The position numbers and the translations under genes were made by a program. The notes beneath the pieces were generated by a model that saw only the letters and a program-made list of their open reading frames with translations, ran no database searches and was not told the origin of the DNA. This document shows positions 40,562 through 49,476 of a stretch of DNA of 64,000 nt, piece by piece. Location of the stretch: positions 193,222 through 257,221 of the forward strand of contig CP064994.1 of assembly GCA_016699975.1 (NCBI GenBank). The letters are read 5' to 3'. Each line of letters begins with the position of its first letter. The stretch's first letter is position 1. The stretch comes from Candidatus Moraniibacteriota bacterium (GTDB lineage: Bacteria; Patescibacteriota; Minisyncoccia; Moranbacterales; UBA1568).

Positions 40562-40695
40562 GGTTAGCTACTACAAGGGTTTTTGCGGAGAAAGATGTCT
40601 TTGCATCTTTTTTCCTACTTGTTGCCCGAAAGGGGCGCCGACGCCGCAAGTAGGTTCCGCAAGGATCCCGAAAGTAGCTAACCAAGTCGGCGTCC
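40562..40695 (+). ncRNA. Candidate structured RNA or cis-regulatory element (nested inverted repeats, GNRA-type hairpin, terminator-like 3' end)
   Basis: 11-bp closing helix GGTTAGCTACT/AGTAGCTAACC; inner helices TGCGGA/TCCGCA and CCTACTTG/CAAGTAGG; gccc-gaaa-gggc hairpin; gggcgccgac can pair alternatively with gtcggcgtcc followed by tttttgttttg. Confidence 0.4.
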
Positions 40696-40730
40696 TTTTT
40701 GTTTTGATAATTTTTTAATATAAGCGATTT

Positions 40731-40979
40731 ATGGTCATCGTTGCTGCCGTTATAATTACAGCCGTAGTGGTTTCTCTTTGGAGTAAGTATGCTTACACAA
40801 AAGGGAACAAGAATACCTATGTGGCTTTTGAGGCTCTAATTAATGAACTGAATAACATGGCCAAAGAGAATGGACATGTAGATGTTTACAGTTATTGGGT
40901 AGAAACTAAAGGTAAAGAATATGCCGATAAAGCAAAAGAAAACTTAGATAGTACCCTCAAGTTTCTTAGGGAAGGATAG
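40731..40979 (+). CDS. Hypothetical small membrane protein
   Basis: 82-aa ORF with N-terminal TM. Confidence 0.4.
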   Translation: MVIVAAVIITAVVVSLWSKYAYTKGNKNTYVAFEALINELNNMAKENGHVDVYSYWVETKGKEYADKAKENLDSTLKFLREG

Positions 40980-40984
40980 TTTGT

Positions 40985-41170
40985 ATGATCTCTACAAACG
41001 AAGCTAGAAGTCTCCTACCGAATGGCGCCTCCTACTCCGATCAAGAAGTTGAGAAGATCCTTGAAGACCTTTATTTTCTAGGGAACCTTTCGTTGAAGGC
41101 GTACCTTGATGAGCGTTCTAGTTCTCACGAACTTTTATTAAAAAGCCTTCGAAATCCTCCTGCAAGTTAA
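40985..41170 (+). CDS. Hypothetical small protein
   Basis: 61-aa ORF with RBS. Confidence 0.3.
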   Translation: MISTNEARSLLPNGASYSDQEVEKILEDLYFLGNLSLKAYLDERSSSHELLLKSLRNPPAS

Positions 41171-44100
41171 ACTCGAATCTTTCGAAAACATGTATAAGTA
41201 TCCTTTCCATGAGGTAGTTTTCTTGATTTTTTTGGCTACCTTCTTTGCTAAGCCAATCAGGTGGATTTTGTAAGAACTTTTTCATTAGTTCTGATTCTGG
41301 AAGAAATTCTTGAACATTTATTTTAAAGATATCAATTTTAAGTGATTCACTGTCCGTAGCCTCTAAGGGAGAGTATTGAGTTAAGATCCCCAGCCTATTT
41401 TTATTGAGAACAAGAATATAGGAATCTCTTTTATTATCGTAAAGCTCGTAAACGGGTATATCCTTATCTTTAACCTTATAAAAGCCGTTTATTTCCTTAG
41501 GAAGACTGCCTTCAGCGATGTTTAAACGCCATTTAGGAGTGTATTTTTCATTCTGGTTTGCTTCAAAGAAGGATCTCCAGCTGGCATTATTTACTGCAAT
41601 AATAATTGCCTCACCAGTGGTGGAAATATCCGCTATTTTTTGATCCAAGTCAGCAGCACTTATGACTGCGGAGCGATCCTTAATTTTCTTTAACAGATCC
41701 GTGTTTTCTCCTATTACCATGTTCCTGCCAAACTCAAATCCTTCTTCCATTCCTAAAACATGAACGTGCCAGGATACGGAATCATCGAAGAAACCGGCTT
41801 TATCAAATAAAGTGTTTACTCCTAGACTTTTGAGATCACCTGAATATGGTTCGTTGCTCTTATCTTGAAACAGACTGTAGTGGCGGAGAATACTTCGAAG
41901 TTGATCATTATCGTAAAAATCTTTCACTACGCTTTTTTTAAAAATCGCTACCTTTTTCGGGGAAATTCTTAATCTTCTTTTTTTATCTATTTCTTCATTT
42001 TCTTGGCTTTCTTTAGCACGTACTAGAAGATCCTTGAAGCTATCTACTTTCTCTAATGCTTTCCCATCCAGTAAAAAGCTCCAGTTACTAGGATTGGCTT
42101 TCATGTCTTCTAGAGTACCCAATAAACTTCTTGTCCCTTCAGCAAGGTATGCCAAATCTCTACTGTGAGGCAGGTTAATGCCCGCTATTTCATCGGGAGT
42201 TTTCTCCTTTAAGATTTCTAATGAATATACTGCATAAAGCCTTTCAAGTTTTGAAAGAATATCAATCGTATGTGCTTCACCTTCTTCTTGTCCTTCCATT
42301 TCCCAGTTATCCCAGCCCCAGAAGCTTTCTACTGCAAAGTCATGAACAACGGAGAAGAGCTTAGTAAAATCATTAATTTCGCTAGGAAGTTTTCTTTTTA
42401 CTTCATCATAAAATTCTTTCACCTTTTCGTTATCTTTGTCTTGTTCTAACTCGTATAAAATCCAGCTAGCTACACCAAAGAACATCTCCTTTCTCTTTCC
42501 ATCAAGATAATCGTAAAGTTTCTCATCCTCATCAGAATCAGATCGGCCAGAATCCCGAATATCTTTGAATAACTTTGAGGTAACAAGCAGAAACTTTTGA
42601 AAGTTCAAAGTATCTCTATTGCTAAATGAAGCTTTTAATAAGCTTTGAAAAATCTTCAATATTTCCTCTGCAAAAAGTTTTATCTCTTCCTTTGAGTAGT
42701 TCTTATCTTCGAGCTTTTCTTCCAAAGGATGTCTTGATAGGTCATTGAGATATCTCCATATCCTGTCGAAAATGAAGGCTGCTCTCGTCTCATCATTTTT
42801 TCTTTTGGCCTCTATAGCAATGTGGTAAAAGCGTAGGGGATAATATGCAAACTCTTGAAATATTAGGTGGTCTTTATGGTCAATCGCCTCTTGAAGAAGC
42901 CGGATGGGTAAGTACATTACGTAGCGATTAATATCCTTACTTACAGAACTTAACCCATTTTCAATAACTTCGCTTATGTCTTTTGAGATCCAGGAAACTG
43001 ACTTAAAGCCCCCAAACGCTATTTCAAACCTCATATCGCTAGCTTGCTTTGCAGAAAATCCTCCTCCGTGCTGTTCCAAATAAGAGTAAAACTCCTTGAT
43101 TAACTCGATGTAGAAATCGGTGATTTCTCCCAACTCCTTAGTCTTCTGTTGCTGAATAAATTCATAACAACGAAGTTTAATCTCAGAAATCTCATTTTGG
43201 ATCTCATCATAGTCAGTGCTATTTCGTTTGATCACGAACAGCTTATTGGCCATTTCTGAGACTTTTGCTTTTTCTGACGGCGATTTAATTAAATCCTTGT
43301 GTATCCATAGGAGATTTCCTTCGCCTTTCTCAAGATATGATAAGTATCGTGGAACAATCCAGAAATAGGGATCTCTTCCTTTGTATTCCTCATCAGTGTT
43401 TGAAACCTCATCTGAGTTTTTGAGAAGAGCGCTGTAGTCTTCAGGTAATCTTTTCTGAAATCTTAAAAGAAAACTATTTAGCTTATTTAGTTTAAAATCG
43501 TAGAATGTACCAGTTTTAAGTGTTTTTATTGGAATAAATCTATTTTTATTCACAGGAGAAAAAGGGCTGACTTCAACTACCTTTTTGAACCTTTTAAGTT
43601 TTTTGTTGAGGACGCCATCTCCTATTAACTGGGTTACTTCGTTATCTAATAAATTAAGAAACCGGATCTTAATAGCATGTAAAAACTCCTTCCTTTCTTT
43701 TTTAAAGCTAAAATTATTCGAAAATAGGTTTAAAGTCTGAAATAGAGAGTAGATTGTTCCCGCAGCTATAAGCACCAAAGGAATAACCCCGAAGAAATTA
43801 ATGTTTCCCCACCAAATGTAGTACAGGAAGTAAAGAACCTCAGCTATTATTAAAAGTGGGAAAAATTTACTCCTTTTCAATAAAATTCTTCCCCTGTAAG
43901 GATTCTCGTTAGCTATCTCTTGGGCAATGAAAAATGCCAATCCAATTAAAACTGCGCCTATTCCTGCATGGATCGTGATTAAGTTTTGAAAATGGTTTTC
44001 TTCTCGTAATATCTCGGAGAGGTTGCTGAATTTGTTTTCGATCCAATAAGATAGATTTTCACAGCATATATTATTGAACTGATGAAGAATTCCATTAATC

Positions 44101-44369
44101 CAATTGGAATGGGAGAGCACAAAGAAAAAGGCCAATACCAAGACAACTGCAAGAATTTCCCACCCTGATAACCATAAAAGTGTAAGCTTTGAGTTTATAA
44201 GTTCCTTATGATCTTTTCTTAACTTTTTCTCTTCTTTGACTAAGCTAAGTAAGGAAGGTTCTCTTTCCCAAGAAAAGACTTTTAGGATCGCTTTTAAAAC
44301 TTGTACTGTCTTCAATTCTTCTTTCATTGTCGTGTAGTCAAACAAGGGGTAATCAGGGCATTTTCTCAA
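41118..44369 (-). CDS. Large hypothetical protein (1083 aa) with an N-terminal 4-5 TM region and a long soluble domain
   Basis: Uninterrupted 3.25-kb ORF in the AT-rich island; no motif I can assign. Confidence 0.7.
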   Translation of the reverse strand: MRKCPDYPLFDYTTMKEELKTVQVLKAILKVFSWEREPSLLSLVKEEKKLRKDHKELINSKLTLLWLSGWEILAVVLVLAFFFVLSHSNWINGILHQFNNICCENLSYWIENKFSNLSEILREENHFQNLITIHAGIGAVLIGLAFFIAQEIANENPYRGRILLKRSKFFPLLIIAEVLYFLYYIWWGNINFFGVIPLVLIAAGTIYSLFQTLNLFSNNFSFKKERKEFLHAIKIRFLNLLDNEVTQLIGDGVLNKKLKRFKKVVEVSPFSPVNKNRFIPIKTLKTGTFYDFKLNKLNSFLLRFQKRLPEDYSALLKNSDEVSNTDEEYKGRDPYFWIVPRYLSYLEKGEGNLLWIHKDLIKSPSEKAKVSEMANKLFVIKRNSTDYDEIQNEISEIKLRCYEFIQQQKTKELGEITDFYIELIKEFYSYLEQHGGGFSAKQASDMRFEIAFGGFKSVSWISKDISEVIENGLSSVSKDINRYVMYLPIRLLQEAIDHKDHLIFQEFAYYPLRFYHIAIEAKRKNDETRAAFIFDRIWRYLNDLSRHPLEEKLEDKNYSKEEIKLFAEEILKIFQSLLKASFSNRDTLNFQKFLLVTSKLFKDIRDSGRSDSDEDEKLYDYLDGKRKEMFFGVASWILYELEQDKDNEKVKEFYDEVKRKLPSEINDFTKLFSVVHDFAVESFWGWDNWEMEGQEEGEAHTIDILSKLERLYAVYSLEILKEKTPDEIAGINLPHSRDLAYLAEGTRSLLGTLEDMKANPSNWSFLLDGKALEKVDSFKDLLVRAKESQENEEIDKKRRLRISPKKVAIFKKSVVKDFYDNDQLRSILRHYSLFQDKSNEPYSGDLKSLGVNTLFDKAGFFDDSVSWHVHVLGMEEGFEFGRNMVIGENTDLLKKIKDRSAVISAADLDQKIADISTTGEAIIIAVNNASWRSFFEANQNEKYTPKWRLNIAEGSLPKEINGFYKVKDKDIPVYELYDNKRDSYILVLNKNRLGILTQYSPLEATDSESLKIDIFKINVQEFLPESELMKKFLQNPPDWLSKEGSQKNQENYLMERILIHVFERFEFNLQEDFEGFLIKVREN

Positions 44370-44455
44370 AATGAGGATCTATTTACAAGGTACACCCTAA
44401 TTAGGTGAAAATACCATTAACTCTGGGGAGACAGAGGCTATTTTCCTTTTCAGAC

Positions 44456-44548
44456 AGGTTCGAACTTCCTCCAGTCCGCGGAGCAGGCAAAACGAGGCTG
44501 AACAGCGCCTTGTTTTTTGTTACCCCTTGTCGGAGTTCGAACCTCTTA
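44456..44548 (+). repeat. Hairpin repeat family, copy B
   Basis: GGTTCGAACttcctccagtccgcGGAGCAGgcAAAACgAGGCtgaacagcGCCTTGTTTTttgttaccccttgtcggaGTTCGAACctc. Confidence 0.8.
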
Positions 44549-44635
44549 ATTAAATTGTATGATACACAATAATAAATTATTGACAAACGATAAGTAATAG
44601 AATAGGATAAAGATGTAAATATTAGAGGATTTTTT

Positions 44636-45121
44636 ATGAAAAAAAGTTCAATACTATTTCTCCAGGGGGTGATTATACTAATTGGTATCGTCAGTTTCGT
44701 TCTGATGCTTTGGGAGCCTCATCTGGAGGGAAGGAACGTAAATGCTACGCTATTTGAAATCTATTTTAATGATCCTTTCTTAGCCTATGCATATGCTGCC
44801 TCAATTGCTTTTTTTGTAGCACTTTATCAAGCATTCAAATTATTAGGATATGCAGATAAAAACAAAATATTTTCCCAATCTGCTGTGAAGTCTTTAAGAA
44901 ATATAAAATATTGCGCTTTGATCCTGGTTGCATTTGTTATCGGAGCCGAAGGTTACTTATTTCTTGTTGTACGAAAAGTGGAAGAAGATATTGCAGGGGG
45001 CGTTATGATGGGTCTGGTTATGGTCTTTGTCTCTGTAGTTGTAGCCACGGCAGCAGCGGTATTTGAAAAACTTCTGCAGAGTGCTGTCGATATGAAGTCA
45101 GAGAATGAATTAACTATATAG
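44636..45121 (+). CDS. DUF2975-like membrane protein
   Basis: 4 TM helices; lies upstream of and overlaps a YozG-like HTH gene, the conserved DUF2975-HTH pairing. Confidence 0.55.
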   Translation: MKKSSILFLQGVIILIGIVSFVLMLWEPHLEGRNVNATLFEIYFNDPFLAYAYAASIAFFVALYQAFKLLGYADKNKIFSQSAVKSLRNIKYCALILVAFVIGAEGYLFLVVRKVEEDIAGGVMMGLVMVFVSVVVATAAAVFEKLLQSAVDMKSENELTI

Positions 45122-45126
45122 CGTGT

Positions 45127-45330
45127 ATGTCTATCGTAATCAACATTGACGTAATGCTCGCTAGAAGAAAAATGAGTGTAACTGAGCTTGCAGAAAGAGT
45201 GGGGATAACCATCGCCAATATTTCTGTGTTGAAAAATGGCAAGGCTCGTGCTATTCGATTCTCGACACTGGAAGCAATTTGCGCTGCTTTAGACTGTCAG
45301 CCTGGAGATATTTTGGAGTACAAGAAATAA
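45127..45330 (+). CDS. XRE-family (Cro/C1-type, YozG-like) HTH transcriptional regulator
   Basis: MSVTELAERVGITIANISVLKNGKARAIRFSTLEAICAALDCQPGDIL. Confidence 0.8.
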   Translation: MSIVINIDVMLARRKMSVTELAERVGITIANISVLKNGKARAIRFSTLEAICAALDCQPGDILEYKK

Positions 45331-45391
45331 TTGATCGATAAAGCAGAAAGATGATTAAGATTTACGAAGAAAGAGGAATTAAGCAGCTTCA

Positions 45392-45516
45392 GAGGTTCGA
45401 ACACTTTCCATTTATCCCTCCACCCCTCTATAGGACAAGGTTCGAACTTCATCCAACAGGTGGAGCAGCTAAAACAAGGCTTGAGCAGGCCTTGTTTTTG
45501 TATATCCTCTATTGGA
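45392..45516 (+). repeat. Hairpin repeat family, copy C (two GGTTCGAAC motifs plus the hairpin)
   Basis: aGGTTCGAACac...cctccacccctctataggacaaGGTTCGAACttcatccaacaggtGGAGCAGctAAAACAAGGCttgagcagGCCTTGTTTTtgtatatcctctattggag. Confidence 0.8.
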
Positions 45517-45593
45517 GTTTGGATTTGGTATAGACAAAACTTTTAAATATGCGATTATTATAAATCGTTCTTTTCCATCCGTACCTATATTTA

Positions 45594-46229
45594 TTGATAT
45601 TGGGACGGGACTTTCCAGTTCATTTCAACAGAGAGGAATCAATAGTGAAAGAACTCGCTTTCGGATTGAATATCTTCGGCGCCGTTCTTGGTTCGCTTGC
45701 TGCTTGCCTGTACGCCCTACGTGTCTGGCAGAAGAAGGAGCGAGCCAACCTCGCCACTTGGTCAATCGTTCTCGTCCTTGATGTGGCTGGGCTCTACCTG
45801 GCCTACGCTACTGGCAATAAGGAACCTTACATCCAGGCTGGCTGGTGTATCGCGGTGCTACTCATCTTCATTGCGACATGGAAGCGTAAGGGTGACTGGC
45901 AGTGGACGAAAACCGAGTCTACGGTGCTCGCCATTTGTGTGCTGTCGGTCGTTGTTTGGCTCACAAGTCAGGCTGTTCTTATTTCCTTGCTCGGCTATTT
46001 AACAGCCGCTTTTCTCTCGGCTTGGCCGCAGGCCAAGGATTACCTCCGGCATCCGGAGGTGGCACGGAAGAGTGCCTGGGTGTGGCAAGTCAGCATCGTC
46101 GCTATCTTGTTTCCACTTATTGCCAAGCTCGTCGAGGGTAAGTACGATGTCGAACACACGCTGATCTACTGTGCGCTGATCGGTCTCAATGTGATCATGG
46201 CTGCTCTCTGCATGCGCCGACCTCCGTAG
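45594..46229 (+). CDS. Hypothetical polytopic membrane protein (higher GC); the true start may be the GTG near 45654
   Basis: Multiple hydrophobic helices. Confidence 0.55.
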   Translation: MILGRDFPVHFNREESIVKELAFGLNIFGAVLGSLAACLYALRVWQKKERANLATWSIVLVLDVAGLYLAYATGNKEPYIQAGWCIAVLLIFIATWKRKGDWQWTKTESTVLAICVLSVVVWLTSQAVLISLLGYLTAAFLSAWPQAKDYLRHPEVARKSAWVWQVSIVAILFPLIAKLVEGKYDVEHTLIYCALIGLNVIMAALCMRRPP

Positions 46230-46337
46230 CGGTTCGAAGGATAGCAACGGAAGTTTTTTGCGCCATGAGGCTGCTTATCTTAACGGAAGGCAGCCTTTTT
46301 CTTTTCTTAAACATCAGGACAGGTTTTTATAAAACAG

Positions 46338-46430
46338 TTTCTCACTTCCTTCAACAGTCGGAGCTAAGAAAATAGAAGCTCTTATAAGCCTCTATTTTTG
46401 TTACCCCGGACTGGTGTTCGAATCTCTTAT
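46338..46430 (+). repeat. Hairpin repeat family, copy D (diverged)
   Basis: cttccttcaacagtcGGAGCtaagAAAAtAgAaGCtcttataaGCcTCTaTTTTtgttaccccggactggtGTTCGAAtctc. Confidence 0.65.
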
Positions 46431-46431
46431 G

Positions 46432-47028
46432 TCAAAGTTTATTTCCGTATTTCTCAATAAAGTATTTGACAGGATAGACCAGCTCTTTTTCTAGCGCTTC
46501 TTCCAGAGTGAGCCATACTGGTTTGACTCCTTCATCGTTTATTTTTATCTCGCCGATATTTTCAACTTTGGTGGTGTAGAGATGCCACTTGTGATTATCA
46601 GCACCGCGACGACACTCATCGCCGATGACATCTTCTTCCGAAAAGAGTCTTACACTATGAGCCTCAATACCTGCTTCTTCCTGCAATTCTCGCTTTGCAG
46701 CTGTTGCTGCATCTTCTCCAGTATCTAGATGCCCTGCTGGAATAGCGAAAGCGAAGGGGTAGATAGTGCGTTCAAAAAACAGAGCTTTGCCGTCTTCATT
46801 GAACACAAAAACACCCACGCTTTCGTGCCAGTATTCTTTTGTTGATTCGTCTACCCACCAGACTGTCTTGGGGTCAATGACAATGAGACGAGGTGATTTA
46901 TCGCCACAGCTATCGCAGAGGTAAAAAGTCTTCTCCCCTTCGAAAACCCGATTGATGCTTTCGGAGTGACACTTTGAGCAGTATTGATGGAACTGGTTAT
47001 CCGTTGGCAGAGGGAAGGCAATCTTCAT
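46432..47028 (-). CDS. NUDIX hydrolase with an N-terminal zinc-ribbon
   Basis: CSKCHS...CDSCGD; Nudix box GHLDTGEDAATAAKRELQEEAGIE. Confidence 0.8.
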   Translation of the reverse strand: MKIAFPLPTDNQFHQYCSKCHSESINRVFEGEKTFYLCDSCGDKSPRLIVIDPKTVWWVDESTKEYWHESVGVFVFNEDGKALFFERTIYPFAFAIPAGHLDTGEDAATAAKRELQEEAGIEAHSVRLFSEEDVIGDECRRGADNHKWHLYTTKVENIGEIKINDEGVKPVWLTLEEALEKELVYPVKYFIEKYGNKL

Positions 47029-47134
47029 AAAGCAGTAAAGTTAAGTCTTGTCTTTCTAGTAAACTCGTGTTACAGTATTTTGTCAAAGTTACGGTGATTT
47101 TGACGAGTTACTTCACATTACGAGGAGAGCAGAG

Positions 47135-48289
47135 ATGAAGGTTTTTCAGACAGACTGTCGTGAGTGGGAGGGATACAAACCCTGCCGCAAGCAGAAGGTT
47201 GGATTGACAGAAGGGTGCCAAGAATGTCGGTTCTACACCCCGATACAGGAGAATATCCTGGTTATCGAAGCAGGAGGACTGGGGAGTGCCCTCCGAACGA
47301 GCGTTGTTACAAAGGAACTCAAGAGGAGAAGCCCGAACAGCCGCATCCAGTGGCTCACCAATGAACAAGTCGTGGGGCTTGTCAGTGGTAATGTTCCGAG
47401 TGTGGACAGGGTTTATCCCACGACGTGGGAAAGTTTGGTGGTCTTGGGTGGCCAGGCGTTCACCCAAATCATCAACTTTGAGTCCAATCCGCTCTATCTG
47501 TCGTTCGTGAACGAACTGCTTCTCAAGAAGAGGGGATTCGCAATGAACGAACTGGGCAACCTGGTTCCGGCATCGCGTTCCGCAGAGGAGTTTCTCTGGT
47601 TGCAGACCAACGACCGGTTTCGTCGGCGTGAAAACAAGAAGTCGATGCAGCAAATCCTCCTGGAAACGGCGGGACTCCAGTGGGAAGAACAGCCTTACGA
47701 CCTGATGATGAAGCCAGAGGACGACGAGTGGGCGCGGGCATTCCTTACCCAGCTTGGCATTACCGAGACAGGCATTCTGGTTGGCCTCAATATCGGCAGC
47801 AGTTTGCGGCATAGCGCCAAAAGGTGGCCACCGGAACGCTTTCACGAACTGGCCAAGTTGTGCCAAGCGTCTCACCCAGAGTGGAAACTGCTCGTCTTGG
47901 CGGGGCCGGAAGACACGGATACTTACCAGGCAATCGCCAACCTCAACCAGCGTGAGCCGATGGATAATTTGGTGTTTACCGGCCATAACCACTCGATCAG
48001 CCAGTTCATCTCTTTGGTGAGCTGCATCCCGCTGGTGGTATCTGCCGATACATTCGGCCTGCACGTCGCGCTTGGTTTGGGCAAGAAGGTTATTTCGCTC
48101 TGGGGGCCGCAACCGGAGAACGAAACATATGGTTACGGAAGGGAGAGCAGGCTGAGTCTGGGACTCGAATGCGCGCCTTGTTTTGCGGGGAAGCCAGAGA
48201 GGTGCACGAATCCGAATCCGCTTCAGTGTATGCGGGGAATCAGTGCTTTGACGGTGTATCAAACTTTGGAGCGGGAGCTTTCGCAATGA
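47135..48289 (+). CDS. Glycosyltransferase family 9 (ADP-heptose:LPS heptosyltransferase-like) with an N-terminal Cys cluster
   Basis: NILVIEAGGLGSALRTSVVTKELKRRSPNSRIQWLTN...LGKKVISLWGPQ... is the GT9 fold signature. Confidence 0.7.
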   Translation: MKVFQTDCREWEGYKPCRKQKVGLTEGCQECRFYTPIQENILVIEAGGLGSALRTSVVTKELKRRSPNSRIQWLTNEQVVGLVSGNVPSVDRVYPTTWESLVVLGGQAFTQIINFESNPLYLSFVNELLLKKRGFAMNELGNLVPASRSAEEFLWLQTNDRFRRRENKKSMQQILLETAGLQWEEQPYDLMMKPEDDEWARAFLTQLGITETGILVGLNIGSSLRHSAKRWPPERFHELAKLCQASHPEWKLLVLAGPEDTDTYQAIANLNQREPMDNLVFTGHNHSISQFISLVSCIPLVVSADTFGLHVALGLGKKVISLWGPQPENETYGYGRESRLSLGLECAPCFAGKPERCTNPNPLQCMRGISALTVYQTLERELSQ

Positions 48290-48508
48290 TGGAACTCGCC
48301 CCTTGTCTCGGAGCTGCTATGCGGTTACCGAGACTTTTCTTTTTCAGAAGTGAAGTAGTGAATAGTGGGGTGGGGTAAACTCTACGCACTTTTTTCCATA
48401 AACTTCTTTAGTCCGAATTAGTAGAGCTTTTATGCTTTATCCTTCTGTCCCAGGTTCTACTAATTTAGTTAGTGTTCAGTAGGCGGAATTAAAACAAAAG
48501 ACAATCAA

Positions 48509-48548
48509 GTCAGACACCACCGCATTTGCGGTGGTGTCTGACTTTTTA
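48509..48548 (+). terminator. Strong rho-independent terminator
   Basis: gtcagacaccaccgc-attt-gcggtggtgtctgac followed by ttttt. Confidence 0.8.
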
Positions 48549-49476
48549 GCTGTTATTTATTATTAAATAAGCTCTAGACGAGTACTTTAAGAATTCAGAC
48601 ACCGCCGAACGATTCCTTTCAACTCTGCTTCAGAGAGTTTGATCTCCTTTCCGTACTGCTATTCGCATTCTTTGAGATGGAGTTCAAAGTTCATTCAAAG
48701 TTCAATGGAGTGAAAGTCAATTCTAAATCTATACCAAATCCATACCAAGGAATGCGAGTGCGATATGGGAAGAATGTTGTGTTGATTGATTATAGAGCTG
48801 AAAAGATTACGAAACACTAATTGAATGGTTCATCATAGGTATTTAGTCAAGAATCTTGATAATTAAAAGGTAACGAGGGGATTTCCTTAAATTCGAAGTC
48901 CTAAAAATATCATTTGGAGTTTGCCACTTCTCCTTAAAAAGTGGCTTTTTCTTTTTTACTTTACCCCAGTTAATTTCTCTAAAATACCTTTCCAATGCAG
49001 AGTTTCAAATTTGTCTATCATTGGAGACATTTACAAAAATTGAATTCAACAGGGTTTTCGTTTTTTGTTAGATGGTTTTAAGAAGTTTGAGTGTTCCCAA
49101 AACAGGCCTTACATAGAGAAGTTCAAATGCCAATCATGATTTACAGAAGAAATAAGAACTATCTTGGATTGCTTTGAAGTATTGCTGGGGGATGATACGC
49201 ATATTTTCATTTAGGAATAAGGGCATGAGAATGACTTTTTGATAATAAGAACTCCTCTTTCGATGGCACTTGTTTCGGAAGATAAACTTCTTTCCCTGCA
49301 GAAGACTCATGGAATATTTCGTAGAGCGTTTTTTGTGTGCTTGAGAAGACCTTCGAATCTGTATAGACAAAATAGAGTAAGTATTGTACTTTTTACTGTC
49401 GGTTGAAATGACTGATCAGTGTCGGGATGCCCGCACTGCTTTCCTGAAATCTTGAAATTGAAAGAGGAGTGGAGCA

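Noticed and set aside
31411-46430. CRISPR array or tRNA genes as the explanation for the GTTCGAAC/hairpin repeats
   Set aside because: The repeats are not regularly spaced with unique spacers, so CRISPR is excluded. I could not fold any copy into a cloverleaf with acceptor-stem pairing, so they are not tRNA genes, although T-arm-like remnants remain possible.
47108-48286. 392-aa minus-strand ORF fully antisense to the GT9 gene
   Set aside because: It is a mirror ORF in a GC-rich segment. Its translation is Arg/Pro/Leu-rich low complexity with no motifs, whereas the plus strand gives a coherent GT9 protein.
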